From assembly GCA_965235115.1 (NCBI GenBank), contig OZ249440.1, positions 17,112,001 to 17,176,000 of the forward strand: a DNA stretch of 64,000 bases. The letters are read 5' to 3'. The notes below the pieces were generated by a model. The model worked only from the letters and a program-made list of their open reading frames with translations, had not been told where the DNA came from and did no database searches. Of the stretch, positions 1 to 13,147 are shown one piece after another (positions within the stretch are counted from its first letter, which is position 1; each line of letters begins with the position of its first letter). A program made the position numbers and the translations under genes. The stretch comes from Laetmonice hystrix (Eukaryota).

Positions 1-451
1 TATTTTAAAGTGACCAACTATCTGTGTTATATCGAGTTGTGAAGATTTTGCACAAACATTTTGATGACAGCATTAGTGCTGACACCTAGTGGCTGGACAA
101 CTAGTTTTACACCAGGTGCCGTGACTGTTACACGGAACATCCAGAAGTACAAAAGTTCTCAGAACAATCGAATAACCCCCCTTCTTTTTTTCCTATCCCC
201 TTTGCTAAGATTCATACAATTTTTCGGAGGGGGATGATTTTGAACTGTAGCTTTTTAATTATATTGCTCAAATAGCAGTAATGACTCTACACTTGCCAAA
301 CCTTTTACAGTTTACAAATAATTGAACATCAGGTCATTTTATTATGTTCTGTAAATCCCGTACAATAGCTAGTTAACTTTCTTACTTGCTAGTGTTATAA
401 ATTCCAACACCACATCCAAACCCACAACCTACCGACCGACTTACTTCTACC

Positions 452-495
452 TCACATGTAGCCATAACCACTAACAATCGGACTGTTACCTGGAC
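452..495 (-). CDS. REEP: Possible REEP terminal coding exon (GPGNSPIVSGYGYM*)
   Basis: ttacacag acceptor, open in phase 1 to TGA at 452-454. The polypyrimidine tract is weak, and other candidate acceptors exist near 590 and 125. Confidence 0.22.
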
Positions 496-848
496 CTGTG
501 TAACTTTTCCACACGGGTGAACTTACTACAATCATAAAATGTCGGGTTCCTTACTTAAAGACAGAAATTACAGTGCTGCACTTAGCTATCTGTTGTTTAG
601 GAGTACTTAATCTTCTCTGCAATGTTAGACGTACACTTGACCTCGCTCTAACTGAATGTATGACAAAGGATCAGCTTGTAAACTGAAATGTATTAGGGTA
701 TCTGTAGGGGTGGCCCTGCCACGACCACACTTAACTCGACTTAACGTGGGGGTTTGCTTTCAGAACTAGAGAGGCGGTTTTCCGTCACAAAACCACTGCA
801 CCGACACCAACTTTATTTACCCTGTTGGATTCTCCTCTCTCAGCTTAC

Positions 849-854
849 CTCCTC
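849..854 (-). CDS. REEP: Putative 6-nt REEP microexon (GAGGAG)
   Basis: Minus strand: ctgtttttgttttccttccgaccattccag|GAGGAG|gtaagctg; strong acceptor and donor, frame-preserving. Confidence 0.4.
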
Positions 855-1271
855 CTGGAATGGTCGGAAGGAAAACAAAAACAGGTGATGAACAACAACA
901 CTTGATGCTCGAGAGAAACGCAGAAAACGGGACAAAAACAATAATGGTATGCAGTCTGCAGTGTGTAGGGTGGAAACTGTGTTGAAATTTTCACTGTTGA
1001 AAACAAAAAGTAAAATTAAACATCGAAGTACACGCTGTTCAATGCGGCTGTGGGTCCTGTGAATTTTTAACCCAAAAAAACCCAAACAAATAAGAAACAA
1101 ACAGAGAAGGGTTCATGTCATCTTCCCTCTTCCCTGCTTTCCGTATTTTGTTGCTCTTCAATATGAGGGACACAAGGGGTTCCCATGAATCCATCTTGAG
1201 GTTTGGTGGTCTACTCTAAGAGTTGACACAACCACGCCAAGGGTCATTCAGGGATGCAATCTACACTATAC

Positions 1272-1353
1272 CTCCTGGTCGGGTCGTCGTATTACGACGT
1301 ATAGTACTATCTATGTTAGGGTGTATGTGTGAGGTTCTGGCTAACTTCAAGTT
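1272..1353 (-). CDS. REEP: Putative REEP coding exon 9 (NLKLARTSHIHPNIDSTIRRNTTTRPG)
   Basis: tttctttctgtcag acceptor and gtatag donor; 82 nt, open in phase 0 after exon 8; no recognisable homology. Confidence 0.55.
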
Positions 1354-2708
1354 CTGACAGAAAGAAATCTTCTAAATGTTTCTACAGATACTCTTCTTCC
1401 ACCAACTAGACCCAAACAAGGCAGAACCTCCACCATGCTATTTGCTACCGAGTACCCCGTAATTCCTTCTTACAGTAGCAACTTTAAATTTTGTTAGTCT
1501 AAAAGGAAAGTACCGGTTCCTTGCGTGTTATCACACACATCACAGTCTATACAAAATGCATCAAGGCCTTCCACAGACAGCCATTCCATTCTTCCGCTGC
1601 AAACGACAAGATTAGGAGGGTGGGCCGGAACTACCATACATGTAAATTACAAATCGCCATCCCCCAACTCTTACAGATGGGTGTTATTTACTATCAGACT
1701 CAGTGCCAGATCAGAACCAGCAAATTTGACTTGTTTTCAAAACAGGTAGTTCAGGCCCAACATAACAGTACTAGTTTAAACGTCACGTCATCAACATGTA
1801 CAGAACTGTTATCGCATCCAGAGTGTGAAAACCTTGTGGGGTTAGTGGAACTGCCGTGCTAGCATGACTAGGCAACCTACAAAAGGGAACAAAGTGCTCT
1901 TACTCCACCTGCTTAAGACGAATGTGCTTCTAAAACCCTGGGAGTGGTGGTTAAAAATCATTGTAGGGCCCGGCAAAGGTGGACGATCTTTGGAGAAGCC
2001 GTCTTTTCTAAAATAAAGCGGTTTCAGTGGGGACATGTTTTTAGTGTGCTCAAAGTAAGCACCGGGAACTAGCCATACCCCAGGCACTTTCTGCTGGCCG
2101 GTGACACGACTAATGTATAATTTTTTCAATCAATATAAAATGTCTAACAGAACCATGAGAAAATTACCTCTTATTCTCACTCTAGCATTTTAAATGTCTG
2201 TATGGTTACTCCTATTTCTACTTTTACTCTTAAACGTAACAACCTTTTGCCCAGACTCTTTTTCACTGCAAGGAGGGGTTTCAATAAAATAAAATCGTGA
2301 AATCTGCACCCGCATGTAAGTTTCATAATATGAATCCACTAGGAAGGTCGGACCACCGGTAGTTACCAGGGGCTACGGTTAAACTCCATGCAGACACGCT
2401 TTCCACAGTTCTACCCAAAAGATTTGCAGGCAACACAGTGCCATAGGTTCCATGGTGACGTTCGAAACGTCTTCCTCAGTAGGATATTGTGGTGACATTT
2501 GTGTATTGCCATAGAAAGAACACTGTGGTGATGTTTCTATATTGTCATGGAAGGGACACTGGTGATATTTCTGTATTGCCATAGAAGGAACACTTGGCAT
2601 GATGTTGTGAGGTGCCATAGCAGGGATACTACCAGAACTGACGTTTCTGTAGTGTCACAGCAGAAGTAACATGCAAGTTTGCCTGTGTAAAACCCCTGTC
2701 AGACTCAC

Positions 2709-2782
2709 CTCCTTGTGAGAGTAGGATTTCCGCCCCGTCTTTGCCATCGCCTCTTCCTCCGTCTCCTCGAGCCTGTACAAGC
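2709..2782 (-). CDS. REEP: REEP coding exon 8 (GLYRLEETEEEAMAKTGRKSYSHKE)
   Basis: ttgtag acceptor and gtgagt donor; 74 nt, phase 1/0, in frame with exon 7. Confidence 0.8.
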
Positions 2783-3193
2783 CTACAATGGTAACCCCCC
2801 AATCATGCCATCAGATACTTTTGATCTGGTTGTATCACAGTTGTCTGTTTAATGGAAAGCTATGGAAATATCATAAACATGTGAAAGTAATTGTAAGGTA
2901 TTTATTGCATATCTGGGATATGCAACGAACAGTACGAACTGAGTAATAGAATATATTTTAGTGCAACAATTCTTGTTACCTTCAAAATATTCAAAAATAT
3001 TGTCTTGCATTTATCATGGTTTTAACACATATATTGAGAGTATTAAAAGAGTTTTCGCCCAATATATATTTGTTGATACTCAATACAATTTTTTGTTTTG
3101 TTGGTTTTGGAACATGGTCAGTTCAGATAACAGAATTTAAATGATTATTATTCCCCGACCTAAGGAAGACTGCTGTTTGTGAGCTGGACCTAC

Positions 3194-3349
3194 CAGGGTC
3201 TTCCTTAGATAGGTTAGCCCTGCGTCTGCGGGGGCGATCTTCCTTCTCTTTCTCCTCAAACTCGTAGTCATCGTCGGCGTCAATTCCAGACAGGCGGCGT
3301 TCCTTCTCCATCATCTCCTCACGGTAGCTCTCCTCGATCAGACGGTTAT
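3194..3349 (-). CDS. REEP: REEP coding exon 7 (DNRLIEESYREEMMEKERRLSGIDADDDYEFEEKEKEDRPRRRRANLSKEDP)
   Basis: gtgcag acceptor and gtaggt donor; 156 nt, phase 1/1, open and in frame with exon 6; charged, coding-like composition. Confidence 0.85.
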
Positions 3350-3988
3350 CTGCACCATGCGAACATTTTTAGCTCCAGAACATAAACAGTGATTAACTTT
3401 TATACTGCCACATTGTTCACACCATCCTTCTAAAATAACTATTCATAACTATTTAAAAACACCTGTTTTACAATACGGATGTCACAACAAAAGTGGCATC
3501 AAGTAAATGTATATTTCTCTTTTAATACCATAAAATCCATCTGAAATTTATATTTAACGAGTGAAAATAATTCACTGGATATTTCCTAACCTTGGAAAAC
3601 AACTTTTAAATATGTTCAAAAATTGAAATTTCAATGGATGCAACATGCTCCACTTGGAATGACGAGGCAGCATCTATGTTAGTAGTGGCCAAACTACAAC
3701 CGGCAACGCTTCAAAACAAATGCTGACCCCTCAAGGTCACGACCCCTAGGAAACACCCACCAGGGGTCGTCGTCAGTCCACCCGATGCCGGGTCAGTTTT
3801 GTGTAGTCAAAGTCTGGGTTCTAGCCAGCAACAGCAGAGAACCAGTTCTAAGTTTCTGATGGGATGTTGTGCATCGATTTTAATGTTGCTGAGAAAACTA
3901 TAACCGAATCAAAAGCGGTAAATTCATGAGATTCTACTGAAAAACGTAGTTATGGTGTGGGAGAGGAATCAGCTGGTTGTCAAGTCAC

Positions 3989-4103
3989 CTGTTTCATCAT
4001 CGACGTCTTCGCTCTCTTCCCGTTGGAACCGGCGCTGATTGTCACCGGAGAGGTCGCTCATGCTGTAACTCTTTCTGAGGTGGTCTGCAATCTTCGTCTG
4101 ACC
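3989..4103 (-). CDS. REEP: REEP coding exon 6 (GQTKIADHLRKSYSMSDLSGDNQRRFQREESEDVDDET)
   Basis: gcctag acceptor and gtgact donor; 115 nt. GQ...LRKSYSMSDL corresponds to the REEP1-4 GQG...LRSFSMQDL motif. Confidence 0.93.
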
Positions 4104-4238
4104 CTAGGCACATGAAGCGAAATATACAACACGCTTGTTTAAAATAATCAATCAATTCTACCAAAATAAAATGTCCTCTGAAAACGGTTTGAGGAACCAT
4201 CTTTTAATGATGCAATCAGAAACATCAACATACTATAA

Positions 4239-4408
4239 CAGGGCCGTAACTAGCATTGAGGCAGACAAGGTATGTCACCCGTAGGTACACTGATAATGCA
4301 CGAACTGGCGCCCAAAAATTAAAGAATTTCTGGGGGAGCATGCCCCCAGCCTCTCCTTAGAAGAACCGTCTTCGCCTTGTCGCTTTTTAAGGTCTGGTTA
4401 TGGCCCTG
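4239..4408. mobile_element. hAT-like MITE
   Basis: TIRs CAGGGCCGTAACTAG and CTGGTTATGGCCCTG; internal GGGGGAGCATGCCCCCAG motif typical of invertebrate hAT MITEs; no intact 8-bp TSD. Confidence 0.55.
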
Positions 4409-7287
4409 TTTGATTTTTTGCAGATGTATGTTTGTTTTACAACCGAGTGTTGATAAGAAAGATCTGCAACACTCAAAACCTTCTGTATCCCTCAGAGTCT
4501 TCCAGCATACACTGTATGTTTCCTAAAGCCGATGGAATCCTACGTGACAACATTACTGGCACAGTCTGCGTGCTAAGATTCACACCAAAACCTCCTGGAG
4601 TGGACTGGAACATCAGCCAATTTTTACTGTTATTATCCTATACAGAAGTATGACTAACATGTTCCCAAATTCTCTGTTCATTTACAGTAAAAATGACTTT
4701 AAAAAGCAGCATCTCCTTAGATTCAGTGTGACCTCCTTTAAAGCCTTAGAATTTGCCATGACTCTTCCCTACGCTGAGCGAGATATTTAAAATAAGGCTA
4801 TCTCTGACAACACACACAATCTATTGAACCAATCTACGTACGTGATACTGTATAAGACGGAAACCAGACACAAATTTCCTCATCAAGCAAACTTTCTTTC
4901 TGCTTCTGAACTTAATAAACCGTTTTGGCAGTCTTTCTAAACCAGCCAACATCAATTCCTTCATTTTCCTGGGTCAGTCAGATCCTTACATTGTGATGAA
5001 GCCATCCTGAACTCCACAATACGATAATTTGAAGACCTTCTAACTGTGATCTTTGGGTTAACAGTTCTATCTGAGGCCTACCACTGCCCATCATGCAAGT
5101 CTGAGGCCAATTTGGTCATGTGACATGCTTCACAAATCATCAACTTGTCCTTTGTGAAGCGTTTCCTGACCAACTCTTTTGTCTGTCTCCGACTCTGAGT
5201 CGTTGGAGGCCGTTTAAGTTATAGAACGATTCATCTGGTTCAACACTTCTGACTATCTCTAAATTTGGGCATAGATCGTAACGAAATGTTTCTGTGATTA
5301 ATTTGTTAATGAGAAAAAAATCAAACAACAAGCAAACACCATCTTATCTAGACCGACTTAAGAATGCAAACCAAGGATAATGCAAATTCTCTCACTAGAG
5401 TTCCCTGAGGTTTCAGATTATAATTTCAACTTTCAATTAGAATTCTAAGACAATTGTTAGGCGCGCCTTGCCCCAGTTCATGCACAAACCTGATCATGTT
5501 CACACTTACACATTACTCTAGCACCACAACTGTGCAGTAAATATTCTAACACTTGACACCTTGTGATTATGGGATCATCGTCACGTATACTGACACGCAT
5601 TTGATTATCTCAATGAAACAATGAAAAACGCAGTGCAGTATTACAATCGACAACCAGAAATCTTCCTGCGGTGAAAGCAAGATTTACACTTCAAATCTAC
5701 AATCCATTTTACAACAATGAACAGTTATGCTAAAGAAGCATAAATGGCAACAGAGACGAGAGTCAATAATTTGATGAACTTCCCAAACAGACACACCTAT
5801 AATGAAATGCCTGGCCCTTTGCCACCAAAGACGGAGTAACGATTTTCTACCGACGTCTTGACTGTGATAAACTATATTGTTTGCCTCTTTGAGGACTTCA
5901 TTCCAGTTTCTACACCAGAATGGATCAAATTTGTGGTTCTTACCAACAGTCACACCTGAAAGATGAGTGATTCCACACTGCCAATTCAAAGCATAGGTAT
6001 TATTGGTAAATCTAGAGTTCCTAAATATATTTTTCAATTTTTTATTTGTCTTGCAATTTCACACACCAACCATGAGTGGGCCGTATTGAAAAATGTGCCA
6101 ATATCAGTGGTGCGGTTGTTTCTTATTGCTATATAACAATGTTTCATTTTTCTATGGGTTTTAAAGCAACTTAAACGGAATAACAGCAAATCCAAATAAT
6201 CAGAATGACAATCTTCTACCTACACAGACTTCATATCACCAGCCCACCCCTTCCCACTTCTAGGCTGTGGCATTATTCAAAGAAAGCTCATCATATGAGT
6301 TCAGACGACAGAATTTAATACAAAAAAGATGTACTTGAGTAGCATTACATTACATAGGCAGAAACGAAGAATGCTTGCAAATGAAGTCTACACAAGACAA
6401 AGACCACGAGTAGCATTCCTCTAGAGCCGTGGTTGATCAAAGTGGCGAAGTGTCAACCCACCTGCAGGATTGCGTCATGGAGCTTAAGCTGACCCCAACA
6501 TTAATTAACACATTAATTAACATTAGTTAAATACATAATAATTGCATTATTATGGAAAAATGAGAATGTAATTTAAAATATTAGTTATGGATCGCATGAC
6601 TGTGGTTTGGCTAGTCTCATGAAGGCTGCTTGAGGATAAAAATTTAAATATTTAAATAGCAATATTTTAAAATGACTATTGTGTTTAAGTGGACATTCTT
6701 ACCACCATAATGAGGTGCAGAGACTAGAGTACCATCACACGGAATGAGATACCTGACTGGTAGGTTCCCCAAGCCAAACTAGGCACCAATGTGGCTCAAA
6801 GGCAAAGAAATAGACGGTAGGTAATAGTGCACAAGCCAAATAATCGATACCAAGGTGCCAAAGCAGCTGATGAAATTTGTAAATGTAATTTTGGTTAGTT
6901 CCATAGATGTTTCTAAAGTTTTGTGATGGTCTTTTACTTGTTGGACACCCCTTCCCCACCGAAAGTGACATCTACTGTCGAATAAAGGTTACTTCCCTAA
7001 TTTCAATACATTCTAAACATAATGTCAAAGTGACTACATTGATAATTCAACATATACAATCAACTAATGTGAACAGTCCGAGGCATACACTTGCAGGGAC
7101 AATTTTCCTTGGTGGTCATTTCAAATTGCCAACTCCTCATACAATAATTAATTCATCATTTAACAGTAACCTTCCTAATTGTTTATCCATAGTGTATGGC
7201 AACTCTACATTCATATTATTCTACACATTCTTTTCCTTAATTGATCTTACAAAACTTTTAGTGACGGAGTACCCTTTCAGTGCCTAC

Positions 7288-7401
7288 CTTAATCGCCGTT
7301 GTGAGGACAACATTGGTCGCATAGTTGAACCCTTTGGACCCAAGGTTTAATAGAGCAGAATAGCCCTGGTCACTAGCCTTGGCAATATAGGTGTCGATTT
7401 C
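7288..7401 (-). CDS. REEP: REEP coding exon 5 (EIDTYIAKASDQGYSALLNLGSKGFNYATNVVLTTAIK)
   Basis: ttgtag acceptor and gtaggc donor; 114 nt; matches the REEP1-4 amphipathic helix region EID.YI..A...GY. Confidence 0.96.
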
Positions 7402-7650
7402 CTACAACAGAGCAAACAATATGACAGAGAACTTACAATTCTATTGAGAAAATAAAAGGCCATTCTTGAGATGGTTTAGCTAGCTGTCAAAATCACATAT
7501 ACTGAGAGGCTAGACTGTCTTCTTCTGTCAGAAATATATTTTTTCTTCCCCCCCCCCCCCCCAAAAAAAAGAATTGCTGTACTGTGGTTTATCAAGTCTG
7601 TAAAAAGCTCAGAAATGTTCACCAGACTAACCCATGTCTTCCACTCATAC

Positions 7651-7771
7651 CTTTTCCCTCTTGGCCAGCTGAGGGTGTAGGAACTTCCTGTAGAGGATTG
7701 ACGCCCCTTTTGTAGCGGGAGACAGCAGCCACAGCACGAACAGGATCTTGAGCTCATAGTAGAATGGAAGC
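7651..7771 (-). CDS. REEP: REEP coding exon 4 ([40 protein letters not shown])
   Basis: ttgcag acceptor and gtatga donor; 121 nt; in frame with exons 3 and 5. Confidence 0.98.
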
Positions 7772-8162
7772 CTGCAACAAAGCCCCAACTTCACATACTA
7801 CTTACACTCAAAGCACCGGCACTCAATTCGTCACCTTCAGCAAGTACCGTAATTGGCAGTCTCATAATATAAAAAAATTCTTGACTAAACCTAACACCTT
7901 TATGCAACGCAGTACCTATATCTGCCACAAGGTGGCAGACACGTGCTTCACACGACGTATTACATATAAAATTAAATGTATCGACTGCCACTGTAGTCTG
8001 TACACAAAACATGAGGGTTTCACCTGTACACGTTTCATTTACCCATGCCGCTGGCTCTCCTTGCAGACTCACACACGATATGTGCATCCCACTGGTAAGT
8101 TGTCGAAATATTTCATCTTAAGCAATGTCAGACTCCCTTTTACGTAGAACGACCTGACTCAC

Positions 8163-8239
8163 CATGCTAAGAAGATGTCTGCAAACGTCTCTATGCAGGT
8201 AAAGAAGGCGAAGACAATCCAGTACATCATCCATTTTAC
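8163..8239 (-). CDS. REEP: REEP coding exon 3 ([26 protein letters not shown])
   Basis: tttcag acceptor and gtgagt donor; 77 nt; TB2/DP1/HVA22 domain motif [10 protein letters not shown]. Confidence 0.98.
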
Positions 8240-10949
8240 CTGAAACCGGTTAACAAAGTTAGTTTAGTGGCTTAATATACATAAAGATTGGTAAAAAATG
8301 GATTCAACATGACCGTACTAAAACTTGTGTATTTTAGTCAGAACATGTCAGCTAGCTGTTTAAACTTTCCTCTCCCTCTTTTGGGGTGGGTGGGAGAGGG
8401 CATACTTTGGAGCAAGCCATTGCCAGCTCCCTGCACGGCCTGCGTAAAGGCCACACTCTTTGTAAAATCTCCAAAATGTTAACTTACGTTTACAGTTACA
8501 CAACAGGGCACGGGAGAAATACATGGGAGAAGTTATTATTAAGTTAGGAATATCAATGAATTGGAATAAAATATGGAACTAATTAAACTTCTAAGGCCTC
8601 CCATTGTCTTTTTGAATTTCACATTTCACCCATGACACTCTTAATGTCACCATATTATACGGATCCCATGTGGTAAGATTGAACAATCCTGGTTCAGTAC
8701 TGAACGACTTGTCACAAACAGTATGAAAAACGACAAGTTTCGGCTTAGGCCAAGCCTACTTTTCCATACTCAGTTGGCATGACAACTAAACCCTTCCTCC
8801 CATAAAATAAAGCCTTAGTTCCCAAGTGGAGCGCCTGGTTTGGGGTTTGGTCTACTGTGTCACTCCCTGTCGTGAAATAACTGAATAGACTGACGGCAAA
8901 CCCAGATTTTGGTTCCTGACCGTAACCCAGTGCCTAGAGAGCCGCGGGAGCATGCTCTCCCCCATTCCTTCTCGTCATCATCACGGCTAGCCCCCAACTG
9001 CAATCATCTCAACATACCAACCAGGCCACCGCCCAAAACGTTATCTTGGATTTAGTGCGAGAGCCACTTAAAAAAAATTACTTGAAGGCAATTCATTTCA
9101 GGAACGAATCCAGGGATTTGAGGCAGTTTTATGAAATGAATCCAGGATCCAATATGCCGATCCAGGCCCCACAAGATGACTAAGGCAGCAAAAACACAAA
9201 ACTGAGCTACGCTGCGTTTCATAATGGTCGGAGACTCGGAGTCCATCGTATATGATAACACTGTAATACAAGATCGTGATACCTGGCTAATACCAAATGT
9301 TATCTAGGATTTGTATGGTCAGGTTACATGCAGCGGTTTTATTCAAAGAACTTTACTACGTGTTGATTGATCACGACTCTTAATAGTTCCTTTCACTAGA
9401 CCTTTTCATACAACTATGTTAAATTGTTATGGTCATGACATTTGGCAAGTAAATCTTATACTTTTCACTTGAACGTTCAGATGCACTACTATAACTTGCA
9501 ATTACTTTCAAGTACGTCTTAAACTCTTTGGCATATTTAAAGGTCTAGACTCTTTAAAGAAAACTCCAGGGCTCAATTTTGGGAATTTTCGATGGACACA
9601 GATACCATCAGCATCAGTGGTCAGCATTTTAGGTAGCAACCTCTCTGCTTGGATAATCTTCACAATCAGAGGAATGCGCAGTTTGAAAGCACTTCTTTTA
9701 AGAATCAATATGCCAAGCGTTCTACCCTTGATAACATGGATCCAAACAAACAAAGCGCCAAATGGAGCTGTTAACCACATTAAAAACTTTGAAGGAGCAA
9801 AGATTAAAGGTGTATTTTATGGGAAAAAGTGACAAATCGGTATTTCAAAGAACTTTTGCTGCCTTGGTTTCCAAGATTGACTTGCTGTCTTTTCCAACTT
9901 CTGTATCTTTCTTTCCTTGCCCGCGTCACTGCTGATTCCGTAAAATATTTTTTGGGTGGCATTTTGATGCGAACGATAAGCCGAGTGCAGAGCTCTGCTG
10001 AATTGTTTACAACTAAGCGAAGCACGTGACCAAGCACCCAGTGACCCACTCTCCAACGGCAGAGGTCAGAGGTCGTGCATGCGCGGTGGGAACAAGTTTG
10101 CCAAACACCTGTAGAGTGTACAATCAGGATGTGACGCAGTACGCGATTACACGGGTTGGTGGGAGGTTGTCTCCTAAATTATGGCGGGAGATGTCCTATC
10201 GTGAGAAATCTATAGGTTTGGTCGAATAGAATCTACTTGTGCTGCATACGCAGCGAAAACACGTCGGAGGACAAAATGCTGTGGTAGGATTATTAACTTA
10301 GTCCCCTAGTACACGGTCATGTTGGATAATCGCCGGAAATCCTCAAAAACGTACATTTTAGCATGTCCCTTTAAACAATCAATGTGGCAAACCAACTGTT
10401 CGTCTGTCAGAGTAACTGGGGAGGAGGCCATCTGACTGCGGGCTGGGGTTTGGGTGGACCACCACGACATCCCCCCCCCCCCCCACCTATGTCAATATAG
10501 TCTGGTACTGTTATAAAAACTTACTGGCTCGACTAAATCAATGCGTCTGGTTTCCCACCAAAGAACATTTTGTTTAACTTTTTCTTACATTTTATAATTT
10601 TTTTAATGTTGCTGGTGTCTGAGGCAAGTCATGTCCATTTTGCTCTCAATGAACCGCCTGCCAGGCCCCTTGCCCTGCTCGCTGAGCGTAAATATCTGAC
10701 GCTAGCAGTCTATACATAGCTGGGTGAGGGATAATGTTGTTTTAGTTGTTCTGTATATTGGTCCAGGAGTGGTGGCGGGCACCCAAAGGTGGCCAACCCA
10801 GACCAGTACCTGATCAGTCGCCATCCCCCAGCCAGCTGTACCCCTGCAGCTGTTCCCACATCCATCTGTTCCTCAACCAGAGTACATCGTCACCCTGGAC
10901 AAGCTCTCCCTTGACATCTAAAGCAGAGCACTATCCCTGATCCTGGAAC

Positions 10950-11090
10950 AGTAGCCATCCCCTTACACCTAAAACAGCCATCCCTGAACCAGCTGTCCCC
11001 TTAAGCAGCCATCCCTAGACCAGCTGCCCCCTTACACCTAAAGCAGCCATCCCGAGACCAGCTGCCCTCTTACACCTAAAGCTGCCATTC
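10950..11090. repeat. Degenerate tandem repeat, unit about 38 bp
   Basis: Recurring AGCAGCCATCCC.AGACCAGCTGCCCCCTTACACCTAA, about 4 copies. Confidence 0.7.
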
Positions 11091-11584
11091 CTGGAGTGGA
11101 CCGGCTGTTTCCATTGTATCGATGCCTTGTCCATCACCCCACGTTTCACCACCACCAGCCAGCCTAACAACCGTACAAGTTTGTGCATGTTCACACTGCC
11201 AGTCCGGAGACGGAGTATTACTCTGGATGATCAGAGGGTAGCTCGGGTTATTCAGAAAGGGCCAGGCCGCCTTGCTCGAATACCCACTTTGATAATACGC
11301 CTTATGGAATGAACCGATATGCAATTTTCTCAAGATCAGAATTCTTCGGAGTACTTCTTGCTCTTTTGATGTGAATACGGGTAATGCTGAATGTGGGTTA
11401 CCGTGGACACGTATATATTTGGGGGCGGCCTTGGACAACAAACACCTGCCTCCAGTCCGGGTGGCACTGTTTAGTGATCGTCGAGTTTTGTTGGGGATAC
11501 TGGAAGCCACATGTAGACAGTGTGGCACTGCCTGCGGAGCCACAAACGGCTGCCACACACGATGCTGCTGCTCTGGCATAGGGC

Positions 11585-12036
11585 TATCAGTGACACGTAG
11601 CATTGCCAGGTAATTCATTCCTACACCCGAGAATGTCTTCCTGTATCAGTGACACGTAGCTCTGCCAGGTAATTCATTCCTACACCCGAGAATGTCTTCC
11701 TGTATCAGTGACACGTAGCTCTGCCAGGTAATTCATTCCTACACCTGAGAATGTTTTCCTGTATCAGTGACACGTAGCCCTGCCAGGTAATTCATTCCTA
11801 CACCCGAGAATGTCTTCCTCTATCAGTGACACGTAGCTCTGCCAGGTAATTCATTCCTACACCCGTGAATGTCTTCCTGTATCAGTGACACGTAGCTCTG
11901 CCAGGTAATTCATTCCTACACCCGTGAATGTCTTCCTGTATCAGTGACACGTAGCTCTGCCAGGTAATTCATTCCTACACCCGTGAATGTCTTCCTGTAT
12001 CAGTGACACGTAGCTCTGCCAGGTAATTCATTCCTA
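11585..12036. repeat. 59-bp minisatellite, left part (about 7.7 units)
   Basis: Unit TATCAGTGACACGTAGCTCTGCCAGGTAATTCATTCCTACACCCGAGAATGTCTTCCTG; starts at 11585, 11644, 11703 and onward to 11998. Confidence 0.97.
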
Positions 12037-13147
12037 AGCCGGCCACACACCAAGGAAACTGGGTCAGTCGCAGAGACTGACCAGTCGGGACCAGTTTTAT
12101 GGCGCTAAGACTAGGTGTGTGCCCCCCGCACACACCGAGCCGACTCCCGACTGACAGTCGTTGATGCGATGGATGCGCCCCACCCGGAAATTTTTCATAC
12201 TAAGCGTGCAACTACAGCACTCCACGTGGAACTTTGCTCAAACCACCAAAGTAAACAGTTTGCGATTGCGCAACTTCGAGTAGGTCGTACAGGATCGAAA
12301 ATTGATCAAATTCATCCAGGTGAATCCAAAGACCTGCTTCTGAATGGAGACATTGAATGACTGCAATAGTATACTGTATTATATGACTTTTTATACAAAA
12401 ACGCATAGTGGATAGATCACACTGCAGAAATATTTTACAGTGAATTAAGTAACAGTATTTTGTACCTTTTTATGCATTAAGATAATTTTGTAAGAGTTCC
12501 AATTAATTCCATGTATTGAGACTGAGATAGGGTACTTAAGCTTTAAGCTTCAACCCTACGTCACCATAGGGTTTTTTCTGTCCCACATATTGGTCAAATG
12601 TGAATATTCATCTAAAGTTATTACTATGTACATGAAAATACAATAGCACACTGCCTTGTAAATGTCTTGTGGTGAAATAAACGACATTACATATATATAT
12701 ATAATATAATTTAGTTTATAATTATGGAAAATGGACCCGAAATTTGCTGGTGGTTTGAGTCTGATGTGCTTGCCATCCAGTGCTCCAACACAATGAGGAA
12801 AATTCCACTTTTCCTCAAACTCTGCTGCTACTTTCTTCCATGCCTCTTCTTTTTTTCTGTATGGACACTAGGCCTATATTGATCACATGACACGAATCAT
12901 CACATGGTACTTTGCCGAGCACTGATTGGCTATTGCCTCTCAGCCGACTATAGACTGCCGACTGTTAACACACACCGAGTCGGGAGTCGGGAGTCGCAGT
13001 CTTTCATATTCAACATGTTTAATCTGAAAAACTGGCCGTCGCGGACTGGCAAAAGCCGTCTCGTCGGGTCGTAGGGGCGCACACACCAAGGAAACTGTCC
13101 AGTCCGGTCGGGTCGGATGACCCAGTTTCTCTGGTGTGTGGCTGGCT
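12037..13147 (-). mobile_element. PIF/Harbinger non-autonomous DNA transposon with transposase fragment
   Basis: About 30-bp TIRs (AGCCGGCCACACACCAAGGAAACTGGGTCA and TGACCCAGTTTCTCTGGTGTGTGGCTGGCT); 3-bp TSD CTA (12034-12036, 13148-13150). Minus-strand 12715-12867 encodes EEAWKKVAAEFEEKWNFPHCVGALDGKHIRLKPPANFGSIFHNYK, the Harbinger DDE transposase WNFP..VGA.DGKH motif. Confidence 0.92.

Noticed and set aside
2379-2618. 79-aa ORF as a REEP exon
   Set aside because: It is built on a degenerate repeat of about 35 bp, and there is no phase-compatible acceptor after exon 8.
9804-10375. Possible Kolobok-like element between TTAAAGG and CCTTTAA with an MPPKK-starting ORF
   Set aside because: The terminal match is only about 5 bp beyond TTAA, too short to call TIRs.
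11076-11618. 180-aa minus-strand ORF
   Set aside because: It starts inside the 59-bp minisatellite, ends in another repeat, has no recognisable domain and has no fitting splice sites.
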